Positions 50,413 to 61,405 are shown, counted from the stretch's first letter. The stretch is DNA of 64,000 nt from Candidatus Niyogibacteria bacterium (GCA_016432485.1 CP066691.1:452709-516708); one strand, 5' to 3'. Notes: generated from the letters alone by a model not told the origin. Numbers and translations: made by a program.

Positions 50413-51246
50413 GTGGAAATGCTCAAAAGCAATGAATTTCCAAACGGACAAAAGGAGCATCTTACCTATTACAAGGCGCTGTTTGGTTATATCGTCATCG
50501 GGACCATTTTTATTTTTCTTGTAAGCGTCGGCATCGCGCAAACACTTCTTGCCTGGAACACCTCGGTATTTGTCAGCACCATGCTAATGTTCGCGGTAAT
50601 GGTTTTTTATTTCAGAAAAACCTTGAAAAGATCGGGGTTTATGGGTCTCGAAAAAGACGCTTTGGACTTGGTAAGAAAAAAGTTGGCGGAGACGGAAACG
50701 GAAAAACTGCCCGATTGCCATGAACTTATTTTTGAAACCGACGCTTTTTTTGAAAGATATTCCGCGACGGAATTTAACGGCACTTCTGTCGTCGACTATT
50801 TCAGGGACTTAGGAAAAAGAATCAAGGCGGTCGGCGCGCTTGCGGGCAAACACAAAAAAGAACCCGTGCTCACAGATGAATTAAAATTCTGTTTCTATGC
50901 CAATATGGAACGGCTTATCAAACCAACGGTCAATGGCGCTAGAAAACTTCTTCTTTTCGGTTTTCTGGGAACGGTCACGGGAATTCTGTTAATCGGTGTG
51001 GGCATGCAATTCGGGGAAAGCGCGCAACAGGCTCAGCTCATAGCGAAAGAACTGATCGGCGGACTTGGGGTGGCGGCAATAACAACCATTTTAGGCCTTG
51101 TCGGAAACTTGTTCTTGAGTTCTATTTACGAGCAGCATGAAGACATAAGAGATCGGATTCTCGCGGAACTTGCGCGCCTGACAAGTATCTACGGATTGGA
51201 TCTGTGCTCGCCTCCCGAACCAGAGGAGGAAATGGCGAATGGATAA
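50413..51246 (+). CDS. MotA/TolQ/ExbB-family proton channel-like protein
   Basis: C-terminal 'FGFLGTVTGILLIGVGMQF...LGVAAITTILGLVGNLF' matches family signature helices. Confidence 0.5.
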   Translation: MEMLKSNEFPNGQKEHLTYYKALFGYIVIGTIFIFLVSVGIAQTLLAWNTSVFVSTMLMFAVMVFYFRKTLKRSGFMGLEKDALDLVRKKLAETETEKLPDCHELIFETDAFFERYSATEFNGTSVVDYFRDLGKRIKAVGALAGKHKKEPVLTDELKFCFYANMERLIKPTVNGARKLLLFGFLGTVTGILLIGVGMQFGESAQQAQLIAKELIGGLGVAAITTILGLVGNLFLSSIYEQHEDIRDRILAELARLTSIYGLDLCSPPEPEEEMANG

Positions 51247-51895
51247 ATGGAGAATTTTTTCAAGAAGAGAATCCGACCATGCTATCGTCCAGGGAGACCT
51301 GACGCTTCTTATAGCCATTATTCCTTTTATGCTTGTGTTTTTGTTTCTAATTCACCTAAACGACGCCTCAAGCAAAGACCAAGACAAAAATCCCTTTGAA
51401 GTCACGGTTGAATGGGACGGAAAATCGCCGGTTGATATTGATACCTGGACTTGGTGCACCAACCCCTCGACGGAACTTTGGGAAATTGTCAGTTACCAAA
51501 ACAGAAAGGGCAAATTTCTTCTTCTGGACCAGGACGACAGAGGTTACAAAGACGAAAGTCCTCTTGACGACAAAAATAAAGAGAAAGTAAAATCGCTAGG
51601 TAACCGTCTGCCGGCTGCCCTTTGCGGGGTAAATCTGCATGTCTACGGCACAAACGGCGGAACTCTGCCCATTGAAGTAACTGTGTCTGCAGTCCTTTTC
51701 AAGGGGCACGAGACCGGAAAACAAATTGTGCTTTTGGACCAGAAAAAATTTACCCTAAGCAGAGTTGGAGAAGAAATTACGACAACCAGTTTTGAAATTG
51801 ACACGGAAGGCAAATTAATGGTAGGAAGTAATAAGACGACAATCCAGATGCGTTGCGCCAGTTCTTCTGGTCGCAACTGTACTCCTGCCTGGTGA
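51239..51895 (+). CDS. ExbD/TolR/MotB-like single-TM partner protein with extended periplasmic domain
   Basis: N-term 'RRESDHAIVQGDLTLLIAIIPFMLVFLFLI' resembles ExbD/TolR TM segment; 4-bp overlap with preceding gene. Confidence 0.4.
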   Translation: MDKWRIFSRRESDHAIVQGDLTLLIAIIPFMLVFLFLIHLNDASSKDQDKNPFEVTVEWDGKSPVDIDTWTWCTNPSTELWEIVSYQNRKGKFLLLDQDDRGYKDESPLDDKNKEKVKSLGNRLPAALCGVNLHVYGTNGGTLPIEVTVSAVLFKGHETGKQIVLLDQKKFTLSRVGEEITTTSFEIDTEGKLMVGSNKTTIQMRCASSSGRNCTPAW

Positions 51896-51905
51896 GGGAC
51901 GGAAA

Positions 51906-52628
51906 ATGGACGCACCGCTCTTCGGCGTGCTAAAAACTACTTTCAGAATTGTTTTTTATTCAGAGCCATGGTTTGAATGGTTGGTGCCTATTTTGACGAC
52001 TCTTGTAATGTTGTACTGGCTCTTTATAATTCTGCACCGGACACATGCTTCAAGAAATTTTAAAGTTTCCATGGCGATCTTATCTCTGCCGATCTCTTTC
52101 ATGCTGTTAAACATACCTAATTTCTATAAATATATGAACGCGGGCGCGCCAGACAAAAACTGCCCGGAAATCAACATCAATCCGTTAACCAAAGAAATTG
52201 AACCGATTAAATACGATTATTTAGCACAGCATGTGGTGCCGGGTCCGGTAGAATCGGGATTCGCCGACTTGTTTCTTAAACAGCACGAAATCTTTGGGCA
52301 AAGTTTGAACGTCCAAAACTCTCATGTTTGCCGTCTCCCTTACGATGAGCGAACAAGAATGCTCCTGCAAAATTTGCAAGAAGCAAAAAGACTTCAGGGG
52401 GAGGCGGCTAAAAGAGCCGGCGTGCCTGTCGAATCGGCCTCGGAATTCGGAAACATTCGGATTACTCTGCCGGGTTCTGCAGAAAGCAGAGCGAAAATGG
52501 ATTCTGCTTTACGCAAAAAGGGCGACAAAGAACAAAAGGGTGAACGAGATCGTGATGAAAGTTTCGGTCGCGCCGAATTCAAGGCGCCAAAGACAAATCT
52601 TGTCCCAAAGACGGAAACGGGCCGGTGA
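51906..52628 (+). CDS. membrane protein, hypothetical (third gene of MotA/ExbD-like operon)
   Basis: 3 hydrophobic helices then charged C-terminal tail. Confidence 0.35.
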   Translation: MDAPLFGVLKTTFRIVFYSEPWFEWLVPILTTLVMLYWLFIILHRTHASRNFKVSMAILSLPISFMLLNIPNFYKYMNAGAPDKNCPEININPLTKEIEPIKYDYLAQHVVPGPVESGFADLFLKQHEIFGQSLNVQNSHVCRLPYDERTRMLLQNLQEAKRLQGEAAKRAGVPVESASEFGNIRITLPGSAESRAKMDSALRKKGDKEQKGERDRDESFGRAEFKAPKTNLVPKTETGR

Positions 52629-52728
52629 AATATCCGGCCTTTTAATTTGACAGATCGGCTATCTTTATAAAAATAGCCCCGCCATCCGTTATATTCCTAT
52701 AACGATTAGCGGGACTGGATTCAAAAAA

Positions 52729-53565
52729 TTATTTTGGAGGAATAAAAAATCTTTTTATTTCATCCGAACACTTTGCGCATTTATCCATAATTTCGCGCCC
52801 AATCGCGTTAATTTTCAGCATTCCGCCGATGCGGCTAAGGTATCTGCCGAATGGGTCCATAAGCACATACTGCGCCAGACCAACCAACTCAAATTCTCCG
52901 TCCTTTATAGCCACAACCGGCCCGCCGCTGTCGCCCGGATATATGCCGTTAGAGATACGCGCGGTATCTTGATTTTCAGATGCGGTCAAAGATGACACAA
53001 TGCCCTCGCGGACGTTAACGCCGCTTGAAGCCGGATCGCCTACGATATAAATAAAATTCCCCAGGCTCAGTTTATTGCTATTTCCGATGGAATAAGGAAA
53101 AAACGGGACTTTTAAAAACGGGGGTATTTCAAAAAGAGCCACTTCAACAATCCCATCCGCGCTCACGTAAAGCGGGTCTAATTTATACTCTCGGCCACCG
53201 ACCATAATAAAAGTTTCTTCGGATATTTTTTTCGCGGGGATTATGGTCGGGCCGAACGGCGTCATAACCTGCAAAGAAGGCGGGTGCTTCACCACGTGAG
53301 TCAGGGTCAGCAACAGCCGCCCCTCATTTATGGCCAACCCCCGTCCGTCCAAGATGCGGATTATTTTTTTGGAAACATTGGGAGGCACATCTTCGGTTTG
53401 TTCAAAAACAGTTTTGGTTCTTATTCTGGCAAGGGCCGGAATAATCTTTTCGAGCTTGCTTCCCAAATCAGGAATCAAAGAATTATTATTGTCGTACGGC
53501 TCGGCTCGAGCCAGAAAACCGCCCAAAAACACCAAAATAAAGGCCATTAAAAGAATCTTCCTCAT
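52729..53565 (-). CDS. secreted trypsin-like serine protease (S1 family)
   Basis: signal peptide; 'GDSGGPVV' catalytic Ser motif. Confidence 0.7.
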   Translation of the reverse strand: MRKILLMAFILVFLGGFLARAEPYDNNNSLIPDLGSKLEKIIPALARIRTKTVFEQTEDVPPNVSKKIIRILDGRGLAINEGRLLLTLTHVVKHPPSLQVMTPFGPTIIPAKKISEETFIMVGGREYKLDPLYVSADGIVEVALFEIPPFLKVPFFPYSIGNSNKLSLGNFIYIVGDPASSGVNVREGIVSSLTASENQDTARISNGIYPGDSGGPVVAIKDGEFELVGLAQYVLMDPFGRYLSRIGGMLKINAIGREIMDKCAKCSDEIKRFFIPPK

Positions 53566-53624
53566 CTTCTTCCTCCTTTTTTGTCAACGAACGAAGGAAT
53601 TTCGTCCGTGATTAGCCTAAAGAA

Positions 53625-53691
53625 AAACCGAGTTTTTGGCGTGACTAAAATTCCTTGGCTAGGAATAGAGTCGGCGCCGAAAACTCGGTTT
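53625..53691 (-). terminator. long-stem terminator (17-bp arms aaaccgagtttttggcg/cgccgaaaactcggttt) with T-run on minus strand, downstream of fusA
   Basis: near-perfect inverted repeat followed by ttttctttag on minus strand. Confidence 0.55.
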
Positions 53692-53927
53692 GCCCTTTTC
53701 TTTTCACCCTTACCTCCAAAATACTCTTCTCATTTTGTTTGTCAAACCCTTATACCGGAAGATCTTCCAAATCGTCAGAAAGCTCAAAATCTTCGTCCAG
53801 CAACTCATCAGAAATGATGTCTTCCTTTTTTTCACTATCCTGAAAAGTTTTGTCAGTCATGTTTTTAATAACCAAGATACAATAATCAATAATCAAACAA
53901 ATTCAAATAACCAATATTATTGGTTAT

Positions 53928-56030
<2,103 letters not shown>

Positions 56031-56038
56031 AAATCAAA

Positions 56039-56183
56039 TGAAATTTAGTTTAACATACGAATATTGACGTGCGAAAGGGGGTCGGGGAAAACTGTAGTTT
56101 TCCCCGTAGAGGAAAACAGCGACCCCGCAGTTGCGGGGGAGCGCTAGAAACCGAGAGGTTTCTAGGGAGGCCTTTGGCCGACG
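56039..56183. mobile_element. ~145-bp GC-rich element of three consecutive perfect hairpins inserted at the fusA start, flanked by ~71-bp direct duplication of fusA 5' end (55968-56038 and 56184-56254)
   Basis: hairpins ggggaaaac/gttttcccc, ccccgc/gcgggg, ctagaaacc/ggtttctag; duplicated 5'UTR+21 codons. Confidence 0.5.
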
Positions 56184-56244
56184 CGTCAATATGAGCGATT
56201 ATTCCGATATCTCTTGTCTTTTCAATAGGAAAATCTCTTGGCAT
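56050..56244 (-). pseudogene. duplicated fusA 5' fragment (first 21 codons [21 protein letters not shown] then unrelated sequence)
   Basis: identical to fusA N-terminus; diverges at insertion boundary. Confidence 0.6.
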
Positions 56245-56258
56245 AAATCAAACGAGTA

Positions 56259-57068
56259 TTAATTTATTTCTTTCTTTTTATCTTCTTTTATTTTCTGGTA
56301 CGCCCTTTCAAAATCTTCATGGGCTTTACGACGCTCCTTGGAGCCAGGTTCAGAAAGTCGCAAAAGCTGACGCCTCAATCCGTGCCATGCCTGTTCTTTC
56401 AAATATTTTTCGCCTTTCTCGGCTAACGCTTTTTCGTCTTCCGGCAATTCTTCCGAAGAAATTCCGCGGGACTTTACTTCTTTATCCGCGCTTGCGTCTG
56501 CGCCTTTCGTTTGCTCTTTTTCTTTGGCGCGCCGTCCCATCACCACATCCTTCTCTTCCACAAAAGGGTAAATCTCGGTGGGGTCAATGCCATTATGACG
56601 ATAATAATCTGCCTCCAATTCATACGCGCGCGCGATAAACGGCGCTATCTCAAACATTTCCTTCTTCGCCCCACCCTCTTCAATCATAAATTTCATAGTT
56701 AAGGCAAACCATTGCCGAAAAATCTCCGGCTGTTCAAACGGCGTCTCCTTTTCAGGTTCTGCGGATGCTGTTAAATTTTCAACTTTTTGCTGAAAATCGC
56801 GAAATCGGTTGTTAAATTCCTCGTCGTTATCCGATTCTCTCAAGACAGGGTGATTAAGCTCTCCATCAGCGGCGGTAAAACCAACTACAATCATTTCTTG
56901 AAAGGTTTTCTCCCTTAAATTCTTTTCAAGTTTCTCATCGCTCCAAAAACGTTCAGCTTCTTTAGGGTCTTCGTGGAGTTTACGTAAATATTCACGTCTC
57001 AACGGCGGAATTATGGATTCATCCCACGGAACGGGTTTTTCAAATCGCGGTTCTTGTTCAATTCCCAT
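56259..57068 (-). CDS. highly charged (E/K-rich) hypothetical protein inserted between rpsG and fusA
   Basis: 269-aa ORF in conserved str operon position where no gene is expected; no motif. Confidence 0.45.
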   Translation of the reverse strand: MGIEQEPRFEKPVPWDESIIPPLRREYLRKLHEDPKEAERFWSDEKLEKNLREKTFQEMIVVGFTAADGELNHPVLRESDNDEEFNNRFRDFQQKVENLTASAEPEKETPFEQPEIFRQWFALTMKFMIEEGGAKKEMFEIAPFIARAYELEADYYRHNGIDPTEIYPFVEEKDVVMGRRAKEKEQTKGADASADKEVKSRGISSEELPEDEKALAEKGEKYLKEQAWHGLRRQLLRLSEPGSKERRKAHEDFERAYQKIKEDKKKEIN

Positions 57069-57184
57069 AAATTAAAATTACCATGCAAAATGACCAAACT
57101 TCAAATTTCCCCCGACCCCCGTCTCGGACACCCTCGGTTTCTGACGGTCGCTTCGCTCCCTGCCTTCCGACGCGGGGGAAATTT

Positions 57185-57222
57185 CTTCGCTCATTTCGTG
57201 TTACCACGCGAAATGAGCGAAG
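57185..57222. promoter_or_regulatory. 14-bp perfect stem hairpin overlapping rpsG stop codon
   Basis: cttcgctcatttcg-tgttaccacg-cgaaatgagcgaag; no T-run. Confidence 0.4.
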
Positions 57223-57668
57223 GCACGGTTGGCTTCGGCCATCTTGTGGGTGTCCTCTTTTTTCTTAACCGCGGCTCCTTCGTTCTTGGACGCCAGAATC
57301 AGTTCTTCAGCCAATTTTTCAGACATTGGTTTTCCTTTTTTGGATTCGGCCGCCTGAATCAACCAGCGCATCGCGAGCGTCAACCTCCTTTCCGGCCTGA
57401 CTTCGCGCGGCACCTGATAATTCGCGCCTCCAACCCGGCGCGACCTGACCTCAAGCGCGGGCGAGATATTTTTAATTGCTTCATCCAAGACCGTCATCGG
57501 TTCTTTTTTGGCTGTTTTTCCGGCTAAATCCAACGCGCTATAAACGATTTTTCGCGCAATATTTTTTTTACCGGAAAGCATAATATGATTAATAAGTTTT
57601 GAAACAACAATGGACCCGTAGCGATAATCGGGCTCAATTGATGTTTTTATTTTTACTTTTCTTCTCAT
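57201..57668 (-). CDS. rpsG: 30S ribosomal protein S7
   Basis: 'MRRKVKIK...IEPDYRYGS..V.KLIN'. Confidence 0.9.
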   Translation of the reverse strand: MRRKVKIKTSIEPDYRYGSIVVSKLINHIMLSGKKNIARKIVYSALDLAGKTAKKEPMTVLDEAIKNISPALEVRSRRVGGANYQVPREVRPERRLTLAMRWLIQAAESKKGKPMSEKLAEELILASKNEGAAVKKKEDTHKMAEANRAFAHFAW

Positions 57669-57717
57669 AACGCGATACTAATATACGAATTCATGCGAAT
57701 AACACGAATAATTAAAA

Positions 57718-58131
57718 TTATTGCTTTGGTCTTTTGGCTCCGTATTTGCTTCTTTGCTGTTTTCGTTTATCAACGCCGGCGGTATCAAGAACGCCCCGAA
57801 CAATATGATAGCGCACGCCGGGCAAATCCTTCACCCTGCCGCCGCGAATCACCACCACCGAGTGTTCCTGCAGATTGTGCCCTTCGCCCGGAATGTAGGC
57901 CGTAACCTCCATACCGTTGGTAAGCCGGACCCTGGCCACCTTACGCAAAGCCGAATTGGGCTTTTTAGGCGTAACCGTCGAGACTTTAACGCAGACTCCG
58001 CGCTTAAAAGACGACGGATAAAATATCGGCCTGTTTTTCAAGACATTAAAACCGCGCCGCAGGGCAACGGCTTTAGACTTCCTTATTAAAGGCTTGCGGC
58101 CCCTTTTTATCAGCTGATTAAAAGTCGGCAT
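57718..58131 (-). CDS. rpsL: 30S ribosomal protein S12
   Basis: '[13 protein letters not shown]', '[10 protein letters not shown]'. Confidence 0.95.
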   Translation of the reverse strand: MPTFNQLIKRGRKPLIRKSKAVALRRGFNVLKNRPIFYPSSFKRGVCVKVSTVTPKKPNSALRKVARVRLTNGMEVTAYIPGEGHNLQEHSVVVIRGGRVKDLPGVRYHIVRGVLDTAGVDKRKQQRSKYGAKRPKQ

Positions 58132-58174
58132 AAAAGTAATAAGTACTATAACTTTTTGAGTTTAAATAGTCAAA

Positions 58175-58882
58175 TTAAAACAACCCAACTCCGGTTATCA
58201 GACGAAAGGCCCATAAAATAACGGGGAAAATGAAACGAAAGAGGAAAAATATGAAAAAGATGAGAACCATAAACCCCCACCGTTCCATAAAATACTCAAG
58301 CTCCGGCCAGTGCCGGCCTATGAGAGCGAAAAGCACCTTTGAGCCGTCAAGCGGAGGAATGGGCACAAGGTTGAAAAAAGCAAGAAGCAGGTTTATAAAT
58401 ATTATCAACAGAAAAATAGCATACACGGATTCTACGAAGTTTGACCCAATCACACCAAGAGATATCTGTCTGGTCAAAAAACCAAAAACAAATTTAACCC
58501 ACAGCTCTTCCCTAATGCTGGCAGTAAGTGGTAAAAGAAATCCTAATATCCCAAAAATAAACGCAACAAAAATATTTGAAGCCGGCCCCGCAGCACCAAC
58601 CAAGGCTGGTCCCCAACGTTGGTTACTAAGATTATAAGGATTATACGGAACCGGTCGGGCCCAACCAAAAATAAACGGGGATCTAATTAAAACTAAAATA
58701 AGAGGCAAAAGCACGGAGCCGAACGGATCAAGGTGTTTTAACGGATTAAGCGTAAGACGGCCCTCGTTTTTTGCTGTGGGGTCGCCCAAGGAATAAGCGG
58801 CATAACCATGGGAAACCTCGTGCACCACGACCGACATTATCAAAACCGTTATTGAAAATATAAAATCTACTGATCCTGACAT
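58175..58882 (-). CDS. site-2-protease-family (M50) zinc metalloprotease (start inferred at MSGSVDF...)
   Basis: 'VVHEVSHGYAAY' HExxH in TM helix, 'LNPLKHLDPFG'. Confidence 0.65.
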   Translation of the reverse strand: MSGSVDFIFSITVLIMSVVVHEVSHGYAAYSLGDPTAKNEGRLTLNPLKHLDPFGSVLLPLILVLIRSPFIFGWARPVPYNPYNLSNQRWGPALVGAAGPASNIFVAFIFGILGFLLPLTASIREELWVKFVFGFLTRQISLGVIGSNFVESVYAIFLLIIFINLLLAFFNLVPIPPLDGSKVLFALIGRHWPELEYFMERWGFMVLIFFIFFLFRFIFPVILWAFRLITGVGLF

Positions 58883-58918
58883 TGATTTAATCTTTAGTTT
58901 ATCATAAACTCTTAAGAT

Positions 58919-59161
58919 ATGGCGCAAAAGTGCGAACTCTGCGGCAAGGGGTCCAAAATGGGCGGAAAGCGAAACTTGCTTCGCGGAAAATACAATCCCA
59001 CAAAGACACAAAGAAAAAAACCCAATTTGCAATGGGCGCGCTTGCCCGCCGAAGCTTTACTCGCCCGGCGTAGCCTTGGCGTAGCGGGGGCGAAGGCGGA
59101 ACTTCCCAATGGCAAAAGGGCTTTAGTTTGCGCGAAGTGTATTAAAAAATTGTATAAATAA
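58919..59161 (+). CDS. rpmB: 50S ribosomal protein L28 with a GC-rich internal segment
   Basis: 'MAQKCELCGKG', 'KPNLQ', C-terminal 'CAKCIKK'. Confidence 0.75.
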   Translation: MAQKCELCGKGSKMGGKRNLLRGKYNPTKTQRKKPNLQWARLPAEALLARRSLGVAGAKAELPNGKRALVCAKCIKKLYK

Positions 59162-59216
59162 AATCCGCCTTGGCGAGACTGCCGCGTGTCTCTAAAACTT
59201 TAACGGTAGCGCAAGA

Positions 59217-59290
59217 CGGGACGTAGTATAGTGGTAGTACGTATGCATGGGGTGCATATAGTGGGAGTTCGATTCTCCCCGTCCCGACCA
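59217..59290 (+). tRNA. tRNA-Pro (anticodon GGG), CCA encoded
   Basis: manual cloverleaf: acceptor cgggacg/cgtcccg, D-stem gtat/gtac, anticodon stem tatgc/gcata, loop atGGGgt, T-arm gggag-ttcgatt-ctccc. Confidence 0.8.
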
Positions 59291-59418
59291 AGTTAAACTT
59301 TTTTTAAATCTTTTGCTGGGGACAGAGAGGTTGCCTCGCGGCCTCTTTCATTTGAAAATCAGGAGTGGTATTATCTAGTCGGCAGTATTTTAACTAATGA
59401 CTAAAGAAAGGGGGCCAA

Positions 59419-60696
59419 ATGCGCAATCTGGAAAACATTCTGGGACGCGTCCGAAAAAGCGCGGAACTGCTTGAACTCGGAGACAAATTAATCGAAATCC
59501 TCACCAGTTTTAAATGCATCTGGTCATGCGATCTTCCGGTAAAAATAAGAGGCAAACAGCAGTTAATACCGGCAGTACGAGTTTGGCATCGCTCCCCCCA
59601 CAACGATAAGCCCACAAAAGGCGGAATCCGCTTTCACCCGAATATCAAGTTAACCGATATGCAGGCGCATGCTATTGAAATGTCGCTTAAAAATTGGCTG
59701 ATGGAATTGCCCTTTGGCGGCGCAAAAGGCGGAGTGGCAATTGATCCCGGTAGATGCAGTAAATCAGAACTCAAAGCTATAACTGAAAAACTGGTGGATG
59801 AATTAGACGAACGCAATATGATCGGGCCGTATCTGGATGTTCCCGCGCCGGATGTCGGAACAAATCCTGAAATTATGAATTGGATTCGCCAGCGCTTTGC
59901 CCAAAGACGCCGGACGCGCGAAACAGCCCAATTCGCCGGCGTTGTAACCGGAAAACCGGTAGGCTACGGCCGCGACGGCATCCCAGGCAGAGAACAGGCA
60001 ACCGGCTATGGATTGATTGAGGTTCTGGAAATAGTCCTTAGATTGAAAAGAATTTCGCCGGATAATATGAAACGAGTAGCTATAATGGGCTTTGGAAATG
60101 TCGGAGCGAACGCGGCGCGTTTTCTGGCTCAAAAAGGCTATGAGATAATCGCTCTGGGGGATGTCGATGGCGCGGTGTACAGGCGCGACGGCTTTGACCC
60201 AGATGAATTATCGCGTGTAAAGACGCCCCATGAATTAAAAGCCGCGAAAATCACTAATCATGAACTTCTGGAACTTTTTGATATAGATATTTTGCTGCCG
60301 GCGGCTTTGGAAAACGTGATTACCGAAGAAAACGCTTTACACGTTAAAGCAAAAATTATTCTTGAAGGCGCCAACGGCCCGACAACGCCGGAAGCGGATG
60401 AAATTCTGGAAAGCCGAGAAATTTTGGTCATCCCCGACATACTGGCTAACGCCGGCGGCGTTACGGTTTCATTTTTTGAATGGGCGCGAAATACCGGATA
60501 CGCCAAAGATCCGCGCGTGCCGTTCAACACCGAATATGATAAGAGCATTCTAACGGCGATGTCAGACATACTGAAAAAAGCGGCGGTGGAAGTTTTTGAA
60601 TACAGCTCTAAACACCAGCTTTCATTACGTCAAGCGGCCTATACTGTTGCCATAAAACACGTGGCTTCCTTGCTTCGCGATAAATATCTCGTCTGA
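59419..60696 (+). CDS. gdhA: NAD(P)-dependent glutamate dehydrogenase (Glu/Leu/Phe/Val DH family)
   Basis: 'KGGIRFHP', 'LPFGGAKGGV', Rossmann 'GFGNVG'. Confidence 0.85.
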   Translation: MRNLENILGRVRKSAELLELGDKLIEILTSFKCIWSCDLPVKIRGKQQLIPAVRVWHRSPHNDKPTKGGIRFHPNIKLTDMQAHAIEMSLKNWLMELPFGGAKGGVAIDPGRCSKSELKAITEKLVDELDERNMIGPYLDVPAPDVGTNPEIMNWIRQRFAQRRRTRETAQFAGVVTGKPVGYGRDGIPGREQATGYGLIEVLEIVLRLKRISPDNMKRVAIMGFGNVGANAARFLAQKGYEIIALGDVDGAVYRRDGFDPDELSRVKTPHELKAAKITNHELLELFDIDILLPAALENVITEENALHVKAKIILEGANGPTTPEADEILESREILVIPDILANAGGVTVSFFEWARNTGYAKDPRVPFNTEYDKSILTAMSDILKKAAVEVFEYSSKHQLSLRQAAYTVAIKHVASLLRDKYLV

Positions 60697-60697
60697 T

Positions 60698-60730
60698 CAA
60701 ACAGGCGGCTCAAAGAGCCGCCTGTTTTTT
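60698..60730 (+). terminator. Rho-independent terminator after gdh
   Basis: aaacaggcggctc-aaa-gagccgcctgtttttt. Confidence 0.75.
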
Positions 60731-60736
60731 ATTTTC

Positions 60737-60756
60737 GTGTCCGCCCGGAAGGAATC
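60737..60756. repeat. 20-bp direct repeat of the tRNA-Lys 3' end (distal att-like copy)
   Basis: gtgtccgcccggaaggaatc identical to 61330-61349. Confidence 0.7.
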
Positions 60757-60785
60757 TCCCGCAACTCTAGCCGTCTTCCAATGCA

Positions 60786-60818
60786 GAAAAAAGAGGCGGT
60801 CTCTGTAGAAACCGCCTC
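60786..60818 (-). terminator. Rho-independent terminator for cassette gene 60843..61151
   Basis: gaggcggt-ctctgtagaa-accgcctc preceded by aaaaaaa (T-run on minus). Confidence 0.65.
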
Positions 60819-60842
60819 CCTATGTTGTGTGGAGCACAATCA

Positions 60843-61151
60843 TCACCGCACCCGAACGGTGCCGCCCTTGAAGATGACGCCCGCGCAGACGTACACCTCC
60901 GCGGGCTTGCCCGCTGGATTGGTTGCCTTCGCGGTAAACCGCGCTGCGTCCTTCTTGTCGCATCCCCGAAAGCCGACCGCAAACCAGGCATGGTCCACAA
61001 TCTGGATATTGCTGTATCCCTGTGCTTGGAGTGTACGGACAGCGACGTCCTGGCTCGCGAAGACACCCCTGCCGACTCCAATGAAGAGAGCGACAAGGAT
61101 GAGAATAACGTAGAGCACGATCGGCCCATCGTTACTGCTGTGCCCGCTCAT
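60843..61151 (-). CDS. small N-terminally membrane-anchored protein encoded on a GC-rich cassette next to tRNA-Lys
   Basis: GGAGGG SD 7 nt upstream of ATG; TM 'IVLYVILILVALFIGVG'; terminator downstream. Confidence 0.45.
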   Translation of the reverse strand: MSGHSSNDGPIVLYVILILVALFIGVGRGVFASQDVAVRTLQAQGYSNIQIVDHAWFAVGFRGCDKKDAARFTAKATNPAGKPAEVYVCAGVIFKGGTVRVR

Positions 61152-61332
61152 TGTTTCTCCCTCCTCAAAGAGCTGTTCTCTGCCACAGGGTTGCGGCAGA
61201 GATTATTGGTTTTTAGGGTTTCCAATAATAACCGAAATATAGCAGTAATCACCGTGAGGTCAAGACAAACAAAAAACCAGCATCCCTGCTGTTTTCGTAG
61301 CTAAAATCTTTAGCTTGCGCTTTTCTAAAGTG

Positions 61333-61405
61333 TCCGCCCGGAAGGAATCGAACCTTCAACCTTATCCTTAAGAGGGATCTGCTCTGCCAATTGAGCTACG
61401 GGCGG
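61333..61405 (-). tRNA. tRNA-Lys (anticodon CTT), CCA not encoded
   Basis: manual cloverleaf: acceptor ccgcccg/cgggcgg, D-arm gctc-aattggca-gagc, anticodon loop ctCTTaa, T-arm gaagg-ttcgatt-ccttc. Confidence 0.75.

Noticed and set aside
56050-56244. 64-aa ORF as an independent gene
   Set aside because: Its first 21 codons and leader are an exact duplicate of fusA. The remainder reads through hairpin-element DNA, so it is a duplication by-product or pseudogene
60822-61304. 160-aa plus-strand ORF in the tRNA-Lys cassette (and the 102/216-aa overlapping ORFs in the 25.6-26.4 kb island)
   Set aside because: Open frames on both strands are expected in 60% GC DNA. They have no RBS and an unprotein-like composition. 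Only the SD-preceded minus-strand frames were kept
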